Positions 40,001 to 50,340 of a stretch of DNA of 64,000 nt are shown piece by piece (positions within the stretch are counted from its first letter, which is position 1; every line of letters starts with the position of its first letter). Under the pieces are notes generated by a model. That model was not told the DNA's origin and made no database searches. It was given only the letters and a program-made list of their open reading frames with translations. Origin of the DNA: an archaeon UBA583. Its GTDB lineage: Archaea; Nanobdellota; Nanobdellia; Woesearchaeales; UBA583. A program made the position numbers and the translations under genes. Location of the stretch: positions 34,692-98,691 of the forward strand of contig DAXK01000025.1 of NCBI GenBank assembly GCA_002506365.1, given 5' to 3'.

Positions 40001-41979
40001 CTCTCCTCTTGAGTATCAATTTTTTTAACAGATACAGGAACAAAAACAGTTAATAAATTACTATCTTTCTCATAAGCATAATTTACTCTACTTGATTCAA
40101 CATTTACATACTTTGTATCTGGATAAGCTTTTGTATCTTTAATTACTCTAACTGAAGTAATATCTTTAACTTGACTTGAACCTAAATATTGAAATTGTGC
40201 AATAATTCCAACCTCAACATTCCCACTCCCAGTTCTTTGTCCTTCTTCTAATTGTAATAACTCAGCTTCATAAACAGTTGAAGGTGTAACTGTAATTTCA
40301 ACATCATCCCACAAAGTATTTCCAGCATCAAAAGTTACTGAAAAATCCTCAATTTTTTCATTTCCAAACTTATCAACTAAAACCATACAAATAGTATTTT
40401 TAGTTTTAACACTAGATACTTTTGTAGAATTTAAATCACTAAACTCTAAATTTTTTTCTTGTAAAGAAATTAAAGTTTCAAAATTTCCATCTGAATCAGA
40501 TTTTAATTCATTCTTTTGAGAAATTAAACTAAGTAAACTTAATTGACCATCAGGAATATTAGGAATTGGTTCTGAATTTCCATCATCTTCAGCGTTATTT
40601 AAATTTCTAAAAAATACATTTTCATAACTATTACAAGTAACTTTATCTCCATCTTCATTAGTTGTATCCTCAGAAATTGTAAAAATCACCATATTAACAT
40701 TTGGTTTATTTGTTTTTCCTTCAACATTTTGTAAAAAGAAATGAACATTTTTTTCTTCAAAAACGGCATCTGGTTTTAAACTATCTTCAACAATTCCAGG
40801 TTTCTCATTATCATAATTAATTTGATGAGCTTTATGAGCTAAATTTCCTGCTGCATCAACAACTTTTAAATCTAAACTATTTTTTCCATCCTTTAAATTT
40901 AATTCTAACTCAATATTCCCACCAATAATTTCTGAAGTCTCAGTTTTATTATTAAAAGTATAATTTAACTCAATCCCATCAGCTGAAATATTTAAAACAA
41001 TAGAATTTGAATTTGTATCAATATTTTCCCCATCTAAAAATGCTTTCTTTTTTCCATCAGTATTTGACTTAAAATAAATTTTAGAAATATCAATTACTGG
41101 TTTTTCCTTATCAACTAAAACAGAACTAAAAACTTGCCCAGTAAAAATATTTTTATTAACTAAATCTGTTGAAATAATTCTAACTGAATTTAAACCTTCC
41201 GCTAAATTTGTAATTGTAAAATTAAATCTATTAGCATCTAAAGTAACTTCTTTTAAAGCTCCTAAATTTGCTAAATCACCATCAAGATTTAAAACATAAT
41301 ACAATGGATATTGTGAATCTGAAACTGATCCAGAAATAGTTACTCTTTTTTCATTTGTAATATTATCAAAACTATCAACTAAAATATTATTTGGAAATTT
41401 ATTATAATCAACATTAAACTCCTCACTATAAGTTTCAAAAGAATTATCTAAAGAAGTAACTTGAAATCTAAAAACATTTTCTCCATTTTCCAAATAATTT
41501 TGATAAACATTTACAAAAGTTTTCTCAACAACTGAATCTTCAATAATTATTTGCTTTAAAGCGCCAGTTTCCTCATTTCTATAATCAAAATTTGAAACAG
41601 AATCAAAATATTGTTGACTTGAACTTGTTCCAGGATTTAATCTTTTAAACATCACACCAGAAATATTAATTGAAAAAACATTTGTTGGATGAACATTTCT
41701 AAAAACTACATTAGAATTTACAGGAATAAATTCATCCTTAATTTCAGAATCTAATTCAATAACAACTGGTTCTGAAAAAACATCAATTGCATCAATATAA
41801 TTCTCATTAGAATATAAACTAACTCGAACTCCTTGCGATGCTGAAAATGTAACATCAACTTCTCCACTTTCATAGTTGGATTCACTAAACTCAAAATTTG
41901 GAAATGCGAAAATAAAATTCCCAAAACTAAAAAATAAAACAATCAAACTAATTTGCTTTAAATAATTTGTATAATTCAT
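37006..41979 (-). CDS. Giant secreted protein with Ig-like domains and a Cys-rich central region
   Basis: Signal peptide ending FIFA; Ig-like motifs LAEGLNSV, LKDGKNSL..VDAAGN; many Cys in the central region; start 41979 or 42018. Confidence 0.85.
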   Translation of the reverse strand: MNYTNYLKQISLIVLFFSFGNFIFAFPNFEFSESNYESGEVDVTFSASQGVRVSLYSNENYIDAIDVFSEPVVIELDSEIKDEFIPVNSNVVFRNVHPTNVFSINISGVMFKRLNPGTSSSQQYFDSVSNFDYRNEETGALKQIIIEDSVVEKTFVNVYQNYLENGENVFRFQVTSLDNSFETYSEEFNVDYNKFPNNILVDSFDNITNEKRVTISGSVSDSQYPLYYVLNLDGDLANLGALKEVTLDANRFNFTITNLAEGLNSVRIISTDLVNKNIFTGQVFSSVLVDKEKPVIDISKIYFKSNTDGKKKAFLDGENIDTNSNSIVLNISADGIELNYTFNNKTETSEIIGGNIELELNLKDGKNSLDLKVVDAAGNLAHKAHQINYDNEKPGIVEDSLKPDAVFEEKNVHFFLQNVEGKTNKPNVNMVIFTISEDTTNEDGDKVTCNSYENVFFRNLNNAEDDGNSEPIPNIPDGQLSLLSLISQKNELKSDSDGNFETLISLQEKNLEFSDLNSTKVSSVKTKNTICMVLVDKFGNEKIEDFSVTFDAGNTLWDDVEITVTPSTVYEAELLQLEEGQRTGSGNVEVGIIAQFQYLGSSQVKDITSVRVIKDTKAYPDTKYVNVESSRVNYAYEKDSNLLTVFVPVSVKKIDTQEERDERDWFDEIEIGFGLSIVYGLEEIDVPIDTVNPVYFQTKVVVENTQDWLSVEKIEKAQAFLNKTIKVTEQFTEGMKWASLGGVVYCTYAKFQNAWDRASIEVSDSDDKEAEYNKADRELYMACDRIAGLPAPYKCDGAQDQFMSKDEYSHGVSYTQGDKVVGKFEPNVGGDCNTDTVTGGKWVSGSGKKYSDESSSGFSHTVEAELDFDKQCLPYDKETDSVNFGAFKGQVCYSAGAPNFDDTKCNFFGADTVEEGDGEWSQESGVSGKSSSVSILSSIRCGAIVDTYSHSKNLLKIQQGIYDCLEQAKIGTVKGSYCQRLFGQAVCDVATNVILPELQQSYNSQSGAEGSGERKPTFDFFGQMNKNKEKFESRYDGSILSQSGLSSDSIINKACLGAITGDWSALTENILSSIEANEVEPTFGPPFPESRLQGYDPVTGQLSIRYLFTYGALSGGQAITSKIELICDKGYDNSEFCPDEGVIVSSEVNAGSFKSKTLIVRDGGSKQESQIITEAPARVWYNKLRITHSYDMKGTKQTKVQEFPIAHKAETLFAQCSFSAGLLGAGAGFKCDSIFGDSSESNLFTIDTSKSRIVPRSSESSITPKPFYSGESVSGKIKFTSPDLNLYTDDAAIVYYGVCNEGKDNEYYLHAEKTKKNEIGFIRIENDKLGKGFVVNQLFEELPLVGDSSGLVATHTGEGAYFVKITSTDKDKVVTFTPTSIVIDGVDETSEPKEVHGSDEDKYIVFKANMTNKLQISYGGELSNIDFKVELIPQNGSYIGGLESRSGKQISFKSASVSPGSCNVNLKMIEYSNVDLISSVETFKNYNPNAGTDEEGNIISNVPVNTREEKISFTLSKESNVANKYYFDITSLDNNDNYPVDLDSSSLDLKLEFIFGGNYRSDKMSGEFRLSVDRLDFGDKGLISVDSKKFENFINNDELGLIFDILEDNNLVSTTGSGWDYFFGSSQTPKLTLDYDIFDNGVSKNKGSISFYLRKNN

Positions 41980-42228
41980 ACCAAACATCCTAAAAATCAC
42001 TTTATTATAGTTTCGCATAACTTTGAAGTAGAAATTTCAAAAAAAATAAAGAAAATAGAAAAATGTAAATTAAAAAACAATTAAAACTAAGAAAATAAAT
42101 AATCAAATTAATTAAAAATAAAGAAAATAAAAATAAAAAATAAAGAAAAAAATATATATTAAATTAAAAATTAAAATTTATATAAAAATAGACATAAGTT
42201 TATATAATTCTAAAAACAATATTTTATT

Positions 42229-42738
42229 ATGAGTGATAATACAACCAAAAACAAACAAACAAATTCAACCAAAAATGTATATTTTTCAAACATTCCAAGA
42301 AGAAAAATATATGAAGAAATGATGAATTTTGAAGAAGGTTTAATGGAATTAGATATTTTACAATATAATCAAATTAATTTTGATAAATTTAAAGATAAAT
42401 ATAATAAAGATACTCTACATTCTATGAAACAATCATATCACAATGTAAAATCTTTAATGATTATGTTTTTAGAAAATAGAAAATACGCTAAAGAACAAGA
42501 ATACTTACAAGATTTAAAATTATTAAATTCTGATCAAAAAACAACAAATAAATGTTTAAGATTAAATAAAAATTTAACTTTAAAAAATAAATATTTTTTA
42601 TTAAAATTAGATTACATATTTAGAAAACACAATCATTTGGAAAATTTAAATCAAGCTCAAAAAGTGTATAAAGATTTCATTAAATTTAATGATTTAATGC
42701 CTACATTTTTAGAATTAAGAAGAGATAATATGAAATAA
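42229..42738 (+). CDS. Hypothetical protein
   Basis: 169-aa ORF with TATA-like TTTATATA ~25 nt upstream; no motif recognised. Confidence 0.6.
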   Translation: MSDNTTKNKQTNSTKNVYFSNIPRRKIYEEMMNFEEGLMELDILQYNQINFDKFKDKYNKDTLHSMKQSYHNVKSLMIMFLENRKYAKEQEYLQDLKLLNSDQKTTNKCLRLNKNLTLKNKYFLLKLDYIFRKHNHLENLNQAQKVYKDFIKFNDLMPTFLELRRDNMK

Positions 42739-42821
42739 ATAATCATAAATGAATTTATCCATTTTAATCCATATAAACAATTGGATTTAAAATGAAAAAC
42801 AATACAAAAATAAAATAAAAA

Positions 42822-43025
42822 ATGACAGAAATATACTTAGAAAAAGAAAATAAAACAATTACAAAAGAACTAGAAAAACCAATGGAATTAAAAAAATTAT
42901 TAAAAGAATTAAATATTTCCATTGAATCAATTATTCTTGTAAAAAATGATGAAATTACACTTGAAGATGAAGATGTAAATAATGAAGACAAAATAAAAAT
43001 TTTATCCGTGGTTTCAGGAGGTTAA
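42822..43025 (+). CDS. Ubiquitin-like small archaeal modifier / ThiS-MoaD family protein
   Basis: 67 aa, beta-grasp pattern, C-terminal VVSGG. Confidence 0.9.
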   Translation: MTEIYLEKENKTITKELEKPMELKKLLKELNISIESIILVKNDEITLEDEDVNNEDKIKILSVVSGG

Positions 43026-43292
43026 ATAAAATAAATTTTTTAATAATATAATAAACTATCCTCAAAAATAGTTATCAAAAATTAATTCTTTTAAACACCT
43101 GATTTTAACAAAAAAATTGAAAAAATAAATAAAAATAAGTAAAAAAAAATATTTTTTTCAAAAAAAATAAAAAATTAAATCTAAATTAAAAAATAAAAAA
43201 TAAAATATTTTATAAAAGTTCAAAAAGAAACCATTTTTTATAACTAATAAATTAAAATATTATATTATATACACAATTCATTAAATTGTATT

Positions 43293-44252
43293 ATGGGACT
43301 TTTTTCAAAAAGTAAAGAATCACAAGATTTGAAACAAACACAAGAAATAAAAGATGTAAGCACAGAACCATCTTTAGATTCAAATCAACCTAATTTAGAA
43401 AATACTCAATTACCAGAGTTAAATTTAGAAGGGCAAATGCCAAATCCAAACCAAACACAACAAACTAATTTTAATAATCCATTTGCGACTAGACAAACTA
43501 GTCAAACTCAACCAGAATTAAATTTAAATAATCAAATGCCCAATATGACAACACAAAATAATAATGATAATAATACTCAACCAGAATCAACCCAAACTCA
43601 AAATTTAGAGCAAAATCCAATGCCAACAAATCCACCAATTGGAGATTTAATTAATTCAAATAATAATAATAATAATAATACTCAACAAAATCAATCTCAA
43701 CCAGAATTAAATTTAAATAACCAAATGCCAGATATGACAACACAAACCCAACAACAAAATCAACCATCACAAACAAATTCAATATTTAATACTGACAAAT
43801 CAAAACTTCCATCAGATATTTCAGCAAATTCAACACAACAAAATCCAGCCCAACCAAATTCATTACAAATCGAACAACAAAAACAAGAATATACAAAAGA
43901 TCAAATTCAAGAATTAGTTGATGAAACAGTTGAACAAGTAATTGAAGAAAGATGGCAACAACTAGTTCAAAAAATCGAAAAAGTAGCTCAATGGAAAGAT
44001 AAACAAGAACAACACATCAATTTAATTAAAGATGATATCTTAACAATGAAAGAAAGTTTTGACAAACTAGAAAAAAGAATTGTTGATAAAGTATCTAGTT
44101 ACGATAGAAATATTTTAGATGTTAATTCAGAAATTAAAGCTCTTGAAAAAGTATTTCAAAAAATTACTCCAACACTTGTAAACAATGTAAATGAATTATC
44201 AAATATTGCAAAAACATTCAAACCAGATTCCAAAACTGACAATATTGAATAA
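43293..44252 (+). CDS. Q/N/P-rich disordered protein with C-terminal coiled-coil domain
   Basis: Repeated PELNLxxQMP; C-terminal IQELVDETVEQVIEERW...EIKALEKVFQKI. Confidence 0.8.
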   Translation: MGLFSKSKESQDLKQTQEIKDVSTEPSLDSNQPNLENTQLPELNLEGQMPNPNQTQQTNFNNPFATRQTSQTQPELNLNNQMPNMTTQNNNDNNTQPESTQTQNLEQNPMPTNPPIGDLINSNNNNNNNTQQNQSQPELNLNNQMPDMTTQTQQQNQPSQTNSIFNTDKSKLPSDISANSTQQNPAQPNSLQIEQQKQEYTKDQIQELVDETVEQVIEERWQQLVQKIEKVAQWKDKQEQHINLIKDDILTMKESFDKLEKRIVDKVSSYDRNILDVNSEIKALEKVFQKITPTLVNNVNELSNIAKTFKPDSKTDNIE

Positions 44253-44295
44253 ACCCCAGTTAATATATAAATTCAAAAAATAAATATTTGAAAAA

Positions 44296-44982
44296 TTATT
44301 TTGAAAAAAAATTAAAAGATCTAGAAGGATTTTTAATAACTAATCCTGAATTATCAATAATAAAATTAACCATTTTAGATTCAGGCTTAAACTTATGTTT
44401 CTTTAACCTTGCAAACTTATCTTCATCATCTTTTCCAAGTTCTAAAATAGTTTTACTCCAATACTCCATAACATTACCACCAGTCATTTTCATCTCCTTT
44501 GTATCAAAATCAACATAACAATGATTTGTAACAATTACAGGAATATTAAAAGCCCTCGCAATCTCAGTCAATAATCTTAATTGCTCCCCCAAATCAGAAT
44601 TAATCTTTTTAGGAGAATCTCCAAGTTTCAAACGATAAAGCATAACCAAAGAATCAACAATAACTAATCCAATACTTTTAGCATTTCTAATTTGCCGATT
44701 TAAACTCTCAATTACTTTTTGTTGGTCCTCAAAAGTTTTAGGACTAATTACAATAATATTATTTAAATTAATTTCAGGATTAATTTGTTTTAATCTCTCA
44801 GCAGAAAACCCACCTTCAGTATCAACATAAATTATCTTTTTACCAGTTTTCAAATATGCACTAACATACTCAAAACACAAAGTTGATTTTCCTGTCCCAG
44901 GAGCACCATAAATTGAAGTAATAGTATTTGTTTGTAATGGTCCAACTAATTCATCAATAAATTTTTCAAGTTTAACTTCCAT
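44296..44982 (-). CDS. radB: DNA repair protein RadB
   Basis: YGAPGTGKS, YVDTEGGFSAERLKQI, IVDS, basic patch LKKHK; no RadA N-terminal domain. Confidence 0.93.
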   Translation of the reverse strand: MEVKLEKFIDELVGPLQTNTITSIYGAPGTGKSTLCFEYVSAYLKTGKKIIYVDTEGGFSAERLKQINPEINLNNIIVISPKTFEDQQKVIESLNRQIRNAKSIGLVIVDSLVMLYRLKLGDSPKKINSDLGEQLRLLTEIARAFNIPVIVTNHCYVDFDTKEMKMTGGNVMEYWSKTILELGKDDEDKFARLKKHKFKPESKMVNFIIDNSGLVIKNPSRSFNFFSK

Positions 44983-44998
44983 ATTTTTAATTTTTAAC

Positions 44999-45352
44999 TT
45001 ATAATAATTCTAAAACACTCTCTGGAGGTCTTCCAATCTTTGCTTTATCTCCAACAATTACAATCGGCCTTTCAATAACTCTTGGATACTTAACCATTAA
45101 CTTAATTGCATCATCATCCTCAAGTTTACCAAATTCACCAATATAATCTTTAACTTCCTGTTCATTTTTACGTAATAATTCAACAGCAGAAATATTTAAT
45201 TTTACTAAAATTTCTTTAATCTCATTTGAAGTTAATTTATCTTCCAAATATAATCTAACAACTGGTTCATGTTTCCACTCTTTTAACAATTCTAAAGTTT
45301 GTCTTGATTTTGAACATCTAGGATTATGTATAATTGTAATTTCTTCACTCAT
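44999..45352 (-). CDS. arsC: Arsenate reductase, glutaredoxin-type ArsC family
   Basis: HNPRCSKSR, IERPIV, IGRPPE. Confidence 0.9.
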   Translation of the reverse strand: MSEEITIIHNPRCSKSRQTLELLKEWKHEPVVRLYLEDKLTSNEIKEILVKLNISAVELLRKNEQEVKDYIGEFGKLEDDDAIKLMVKYPRVIERPIVIVGDKAKIGRPPESVLELL

Positions 45353-45457
45353 AAATATACTAATATTTTCAGATATATAAACTTAAAGTATAATTTAAAA
45401 AAATAACTTAATGATTAAAATAAAAATATATAACATTTAAAATTATAAAAATATAAT

Positions 45458-46000
45458 ATGAAACAAAAAATAATACTATACATTGCAATGTCTATCGACG
45501 GATTTATAGCAACACCAGACCTCTCAGTTAATTGGTTAGATAAATATAATAACTCTGGAGACGATTTTGGATATAATCAATTTATAAAAAATATTGATAC
45601 TCAAATATTAGGAGAAACAACATATAATCAATTTAAAGAAGTCTATAATAATGAAAACAAATTAAATACAATCGTGTTTTCAAAAAATAAAACATCAACA
45701 GACAATAATAATAACAATAACAATAATAAACTAAAATTTGTAAATCAAACCCCAACCCAACTAATTAACTCACTAGATAAAAACACTCATAAAAATATTT
45801 GGATTGTTGGTGGAGCAAATATAACAAATCAATTTTTAAAAGAAAATTTAATTGATGAAATCATATTATCAATAATGCCTGAAATTTTAGGAAGTGGAAT
45901 TAGACTATTTTCAAATGATAATAATATTTCAAATATTTTCAAATTAAAAAATATAAATAAATTTAAAAAAAATGTAATTCAATTACACTACACCAAATAA
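45458..46000 (+). CDS. Dihydrofolate reductase-like / RibD C-terminal domain protein
   Basis: YIAMSIDGFIA, LGETTY, IWIVGGA, LIDE...PEILGSGIRLF. Confidence 0.9.
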   Translation: MKQKIILYIAMSIDGFIATPDLSVNWLDKYNNSGDDFGYNQFIKNIDTQILGETTYNQFKEVYNNENKLNTIVFSKNKTSTDNNNNNNNNKLKFVNQTPTQLINSLDKNTHKNIWIVGGANITNQFLKENLIDEIILSIMPEILGSGIRLFSNDNNISNIFKLKNINKFKKNVIQLHYTK

Positions 46001-46096
46001 ATTTAAAAAAATCATATACATATACATTTAAAATTAACAAACATAGTTTCAAATTTAAATCATAAAATTATAAACAAATAAAAACAAGTAATTCCA

Positions 46097-47359
46097 GTGG
46101 AAATATTTAGTCTATTAATAATTATAATATTAGCAATTATAACAGGAATAATTACTGGATTAATTCCTGGACTACATATTAATTTTATTTCAATACTAAT
46201 TTTAATTAATTTTCAAACATTTCAAAAAATTCTCCCAATTGAACAATTAATTATATTTATTATAATAATGAGTCTAACTCACACATTTATTGACTTTATT
46301 CCATCAATAATGTTTGGTATTCCAAATAGTGATACAGCCATGTCAATTTTACCAGGTCAACAAATGATTTTAAATGGTCAAGGCTATAAAGCAATATTTT
46401 TATCAAATTTAGGTAGTCTTTTTGGAGTAATTACATCACTTTTTATTGGAATAATATTCTATTTTAATTTAGAAACATTTTATAATCAAATTCAACCGCT
46501 ATTACCCTATATACTAGCAATTATTGTGTGTTTAGGTATTTTTTTAGAACCCAATTTTGACTCTAAATTTAGAGCAATTATGCTAATATTATTTACAGGG
46601 GGGTATGGGATTTTTCTTCTTAATTCAACTCAACTAAATCAACCATTACTAATATTATTTACAGGAGTTTTTGCAAACGCAGCAATAATAAATTCATTAC
46701 TTACAAAATCTCAAAAAATACCTCAACAAGATTATAAATTACCTAAATTAAAACAAACCATAACTAAAAAATATTTAAAATCAATTCTAAATGGAACAAT
46801 TTCATCAAGTATTTGTTCAATAACTCCAGCAATAGGAAATATACAAGCAGCAACAATCTCAACAATTACATCATCAAAAAATAAAAAAACACAAAACCAA
46901 CAAGAAAATTCACAAGAAAATCAACAAAATTTCATAAGTTTAATTTCATTAATTAATACAAATAACTTTATTTTAAGTCTTATAACATTTCTAACAATCT
47001 CTAAAGCAAGAAACGGAAGCATATTTGTAATATCTCAAATTACAAATACAATAACAATTAACCAAATAATTAAATTTTACTTAATAATACTAATTACAAC
47101 TCCAATAATTTTTTATTTAACTTTAAAAATTGGAAAATTTGCCATTAAAAAATTATCAAAACTAACTAAACAACTAAAACAAATTAATTTCACATTACTA
47201 ATACTTTTAACTATACAAATAACATACTTAGAAAGCTATTTTGGACTATTATGTTTAATCGGAGCAACATTATTAGGTTATTTGACAATTATATTAAATA
47301 TTAAAAGAATTCACCTATTATCTGCTTTAATTATACCAACGATAATAAATCTAATTTAA
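46097..47359 (+). CDS. TctA-family (DUF112) membrane protein
   Basis: GIITGLIPGLHIN, THTFIDFIPSIMFGIP, SILPG, ARNG; GTG start. Confidence 0.88.
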   Translation: MEIFSLLIIIILAIITGIITGLIPGLHINFISILILINFQTFQKILPIEQLIIFIIIMSLTHTFIDFIPSIMFGIPNSDTAMSILPGQQMILNGQGYKAIFLSNLGSLFGVITSLFIGIIFYFNLETFYNQIQPLLPYILAIIVCLGIFLEPNFDSKFRAIMLILFTGGYGIFLLNSTQLNQPLLILFTGVFANAAIINSLLTKSQKIPQQDYKLPKLKQTITKKYLKSILNGTISSSICSITPAIGNIQAATISTITSSKNKKTQNQQENSQENQQNFISLISLINTNNFILSLITFLTISKARNGSIFVISQITNTITINQIIKFYLIILITTPIIFYLTLKIGKFAIKKLSKLTKQLKQINFTLLILLTIQITYLESYFGLLCLIGATLLGYLTIILNIKRIHLLSALIIPTIINLI

Positions 47360-47381
47360 ATTAATTCAATCCAATATTAAA

Positions 47382-47852
47382 TTATAAAAAATTAAAATCA
47401 GAATTAGTTAATTCTCTAACCTCAAATAAAACCGAATTTACATCTTCTAAATCCAAATAATATGTAACAGACAATTTTAATTTATTTCTATCATCAAGTT
47501 CACAAACAAAAATATAATTTTTACCTAAGCCTAAATTAACATCATCAACATCAAAAATATTTTTTAAAATAAAATTATTATTTACAAAACTAAAATTATC
47601 TAAAACATTTAACTTTTTAATATTTTCAAAATCAATATCGGATAAATTAATATCTAAAGATTTATTTAAAATAACTCTATCAATATCCAAATACACAATA
47701 AACTCAACATTTGTAATATTTGTTCGAACTCTTAAAACTAACTCATCACTTTTTTCAAAATTATTATGATTATGAATATTTTCCTCAATAATTGAAGTAA
47801 TTAAATATTCAAAATTATCATAAACAAATTTATTATTAACTTTAAATTCCAT
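47382..47852 (-). CDS. Hypothetical protein
   Basis: ORF fills the gap; ATG 47852; two loosely similar halves; no family recognised. Confidence 0.6.
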   Translation of the reverse strand: MEFKVNNKFVYDNFEYLITSIIEENIHNHNNFEKSDELVLRVRTNITNVEFIVYLDIDRVILNKSLDINLSDIDFENIKKLNVLDNFSFVNNNFILKNIFDVDDVNLGLGKNYIFVCELDDRNKLKLSVTYYLDLEDVNSVLFEVRELTNSDFNFL

Positions 47853-47971
47853 AAAAAAAATATAACTCAAAATAATATAAACATTATTTGTAAATAATAA
47901 AAATTAAAATATAGTTTCAAAAATAAATTAAATATAAGAAAAAAAAGAAAAGTATGAAAATAAGGAAAACC

Positions 47972-49402
47972 TTATTTACGCATAAACTTTCTTAAAACAG
48001 AAAAGTCTTCCATAGACTCCTTTGCTAAACTTGTGTAAAATTGATAAATAATCATAACCATTAATAAAATACCAGTCCCTGAAGTTAAAGCTCCTAATAA
48101 ATCAGCAGAAGCTGCTAATAAACCAATACCTATTCCACCCATAATAGTTAAAGGAGTAATATATCTAGCTAAAACTCTCTCAACAATTCTCTCATCTTTT
48201 CTAAACCCAGGAATTTGTAAACCTGAATTTAAAATTTGTTTAGCTTGAGATCTTGAATCCATACCTGCTGTTTGAACCCAGAAATAAGCAAACAAAGTAG
48301 CTCCAATAACCATATATAAAGTATATGATAACATATGAGGCCAAACACCTAAAGTAAATAAATTACCTAAATTATTCCAAATATTTGAAGGATGTGCAAT
48401 CCAATTAATTAAACCTGAAATAGGAGTAGCTGACCCAGCTGCAAATTGACCAATAACATTTTCTGAAATAAATCTTGTAAATGCTGATGAATTAGCTGAC
48501 TCTGCTAAACTTTGTAATAACCTTGCCCACAATTGTAAATTAGCTCCTAAAGCAGAAACTAAAATAACTGGAATTACCCCTGAATAAAAAAAGTTCAAAG
48601 GCCATTTCATTGATTGTCCTCTAACTCTTCCAAAAGATAATGGAATTTCAACATTAATACTTTGAAAAAATACAATTAAAAAGAACAAAGCAACAGTAAT
48701 TGCAATTGGACCTAAAACCGCAGTTAAAAATGTCATTGGATCTCCATGAGATAAATAATATAATCCTGCCCATAACTTTCCAATAGCTGGTTCAGTTCCT
48801 GAGAACCCCCAAGCCATAGCCCCAGTTTGAGTAAAAGGACTAAAAATTTGTAAAAATACAGCTTGACCAATTCCAGCTGCAATAAAAATTGAAACACCTG
48901 AACCAAATCCCCACTTCTTTACAACTTCATCCATAAAGAATACTAAAAATCCTCCTAAAGCTAATTGAGCTACAACAAACCAGAACACATCTGCTGATGC
49001 AGCGGAAACTGCCCCAAATTTAACATATACAAAAGATTCTACAATAATAAAAAAGAATGTTAATAATTTATGAGTTCCATGCCATAAAAATTTACCTTCT
49101 TCATTAGTTAAATCAATTTTAACAATACCTGAACCTTTTAATAATTGAAGAACAATAGATGCTGTAACAATTGGACCAATTCCTAATGTTAGTAATGCTC
49201 CAAATTTTGCACCTAATAATAATTCTAATGTCTTAAAATATTCAGCTTGTGTACCTAAAACTCCATATAATGGAATGGAAGCTAGAAATAAAAATATAAC
49301 TAAAATTCCAAATGTCCATAATAATCTTGTTTTTAAACTTTGTTTTTTCTCCGGGTTTGCAACTTCTGGCAAACTCGCAACAATATTTCTATAAAGTGAC
49401 AT
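47972..49402 (-). CDS. secY: Protein translocase subunit SecY (archaeal)
   Basis: LPEV..P, LGIGPIVTASIVLQLL, KWGFGSGVSIFIAAG, IPGFRKD, GTGILL. Confidence 0.97.
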   Translation of the reverse strand: MSLYRNIVASLPEVANPEKKQSLKTRLLWTFGILVIFLFLASIPLYGVLGTQAEYFKTLELLLGAKFGALLTLGIGPIVTASIVLQLLKGSGIVKIDLTNEEGKFLWHGTHKLLTFFFIIVESFVYVKFGAVSAASADVFWFVVAQLALGGFLVFFMDEVVKKWGFGSGVSIFIAAGIGQAVFLQIFSPFTQTGAMAWGFSGTEPAIGKLWAGLYYLSHGDPMTFLTAVLGPIAITVALFFLIVFFQSINVEIPLSFGRVRGQSMKWPLNFFYSGVIPVILVSALGANLQLWARLLQSLAESANSSAFTRFISENVIGQFAAGSATPISGLINWIAHPSNIWNNLGNLFTLGVWPHMLSYTLYMVIGATLFAYFWVQTAGMDSRSQAKQILNSGLQIPGFRKDERIVERVLARYITPLTIMGGIGIGLLAASADLLGALTSGTGILLMVMIIYQFYTSLAKESMEDFSVLRKFMRK

Positions 49403-49619
49403 AAAATATCATCTACTTTAGTGTTTAAAAATATTACCTGTATTATTATAAAAAAACAAGTGAAAATAACTTAAATCACACACAAATATCACAAATTATC
49501 ATAAATAATTAATTTAAATAAATAAAATAAATAATAACAAGAATAATAATAAATTAAAAATTAAATATAGAAAAATTATAAGTAAATAAAAATTAATTAA
49601 TTAAAAAATAGAATGAAGA

Positions 49620-50084
49620 TTATTCTTCATCAAATTCTGGTTCATCAGCTTCTGTAACAGTAACTGATCCACCAGCAGCTTCAACTGCTGCTTTAGCATT
49701 AGCTGAAATTTCTTCACAAACAATGTTTAACTTAGCAGAGAATTTTCCTCTTCCTAAAACTTTGTTAATTTTCATCTTAGTTGTATCTAAATTTCCATCA
49801 ACAATTAATCCAGCTTCAGTTAAATCACCGATGTGGTTTTCAATGTAAGTTAAAGATAAAACATTAATCTTTCTTTTATGAATTGATGAGAATCCTTTCT
49901 TACCATAGTAAGCTTTTCCAACAGTTGTTAAAATTGTAGGTTTCTTAGCATCTCCTCTAGCTCCAGTACCTGCCATACCTTTACCACCTCTATTTCCTGC
50001 ACCTCTGTGCTTTTTCTTGTGTCCCCAACCGTGAGAGGAAGTTCCTCTTTGTGTCTTTACTTTGGACTTTTTATGTTTTAACAT
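49620..50084 (-). CDS. rpl15: 50S ribosomal protein uL15
   Basis: RGTSSHGWGHKKKHRGAGNRGGKGMAG, KVLGRG, VEAAGG. Confidence 0.96.
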   Translation of the reverse strand: MLKHKKSKVKTQRGTSSHGWGHKKKHRGAGNRGGKGMAGTGARGDAKKPTILTTVGKAYYGKKGFSSIHKRKINVLSLTYIENHIGDLTEAGLIVDGNLDTTKMKINKVLGRGKFSAKLNIVCEEISANAKAAVEAAGGSVTVTEADEPEFDEE

Positions 50085-50340
50085 TTTTAATTACCAATTG
50101 TATCACATCAACATATAATTAAATAAAATTAATGTAATTACTTAAGTATAGAAAATTGAAAACGCTTTATAAATATTAAGGTTTGAAATCACCATACAAA
50201 GATAAGAATTTAAGTAATTTGGATACTAAACTCAAAACATTTTAGCAAAATGAAATAAAAAACACTATTTTGAAAATAATAACCTAAACTACTCAAAAAT
50301 AATAAAACAACTATATAACATAATAATAATAAAATTAAAT

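Noticed and set aside
38127..41942. Short alternate-frame ORFs inside the giant gene, and similar antisense ORFs elsewhere (e.g. 4321-4704, 9225-9503, 17773-18006, 42764-42991, 55507-55761, 60686-60996)
   Set aside because: Overlap well-supported genes and carry no recognisable motifs.
45700..45730. AAT/AAC microsatellite encoding poly-Asn, also at ~43660
   Set aside because: In-frame low-complexity tracts expected from slippage in an AT-rich genome; no phase-variation frameshift.
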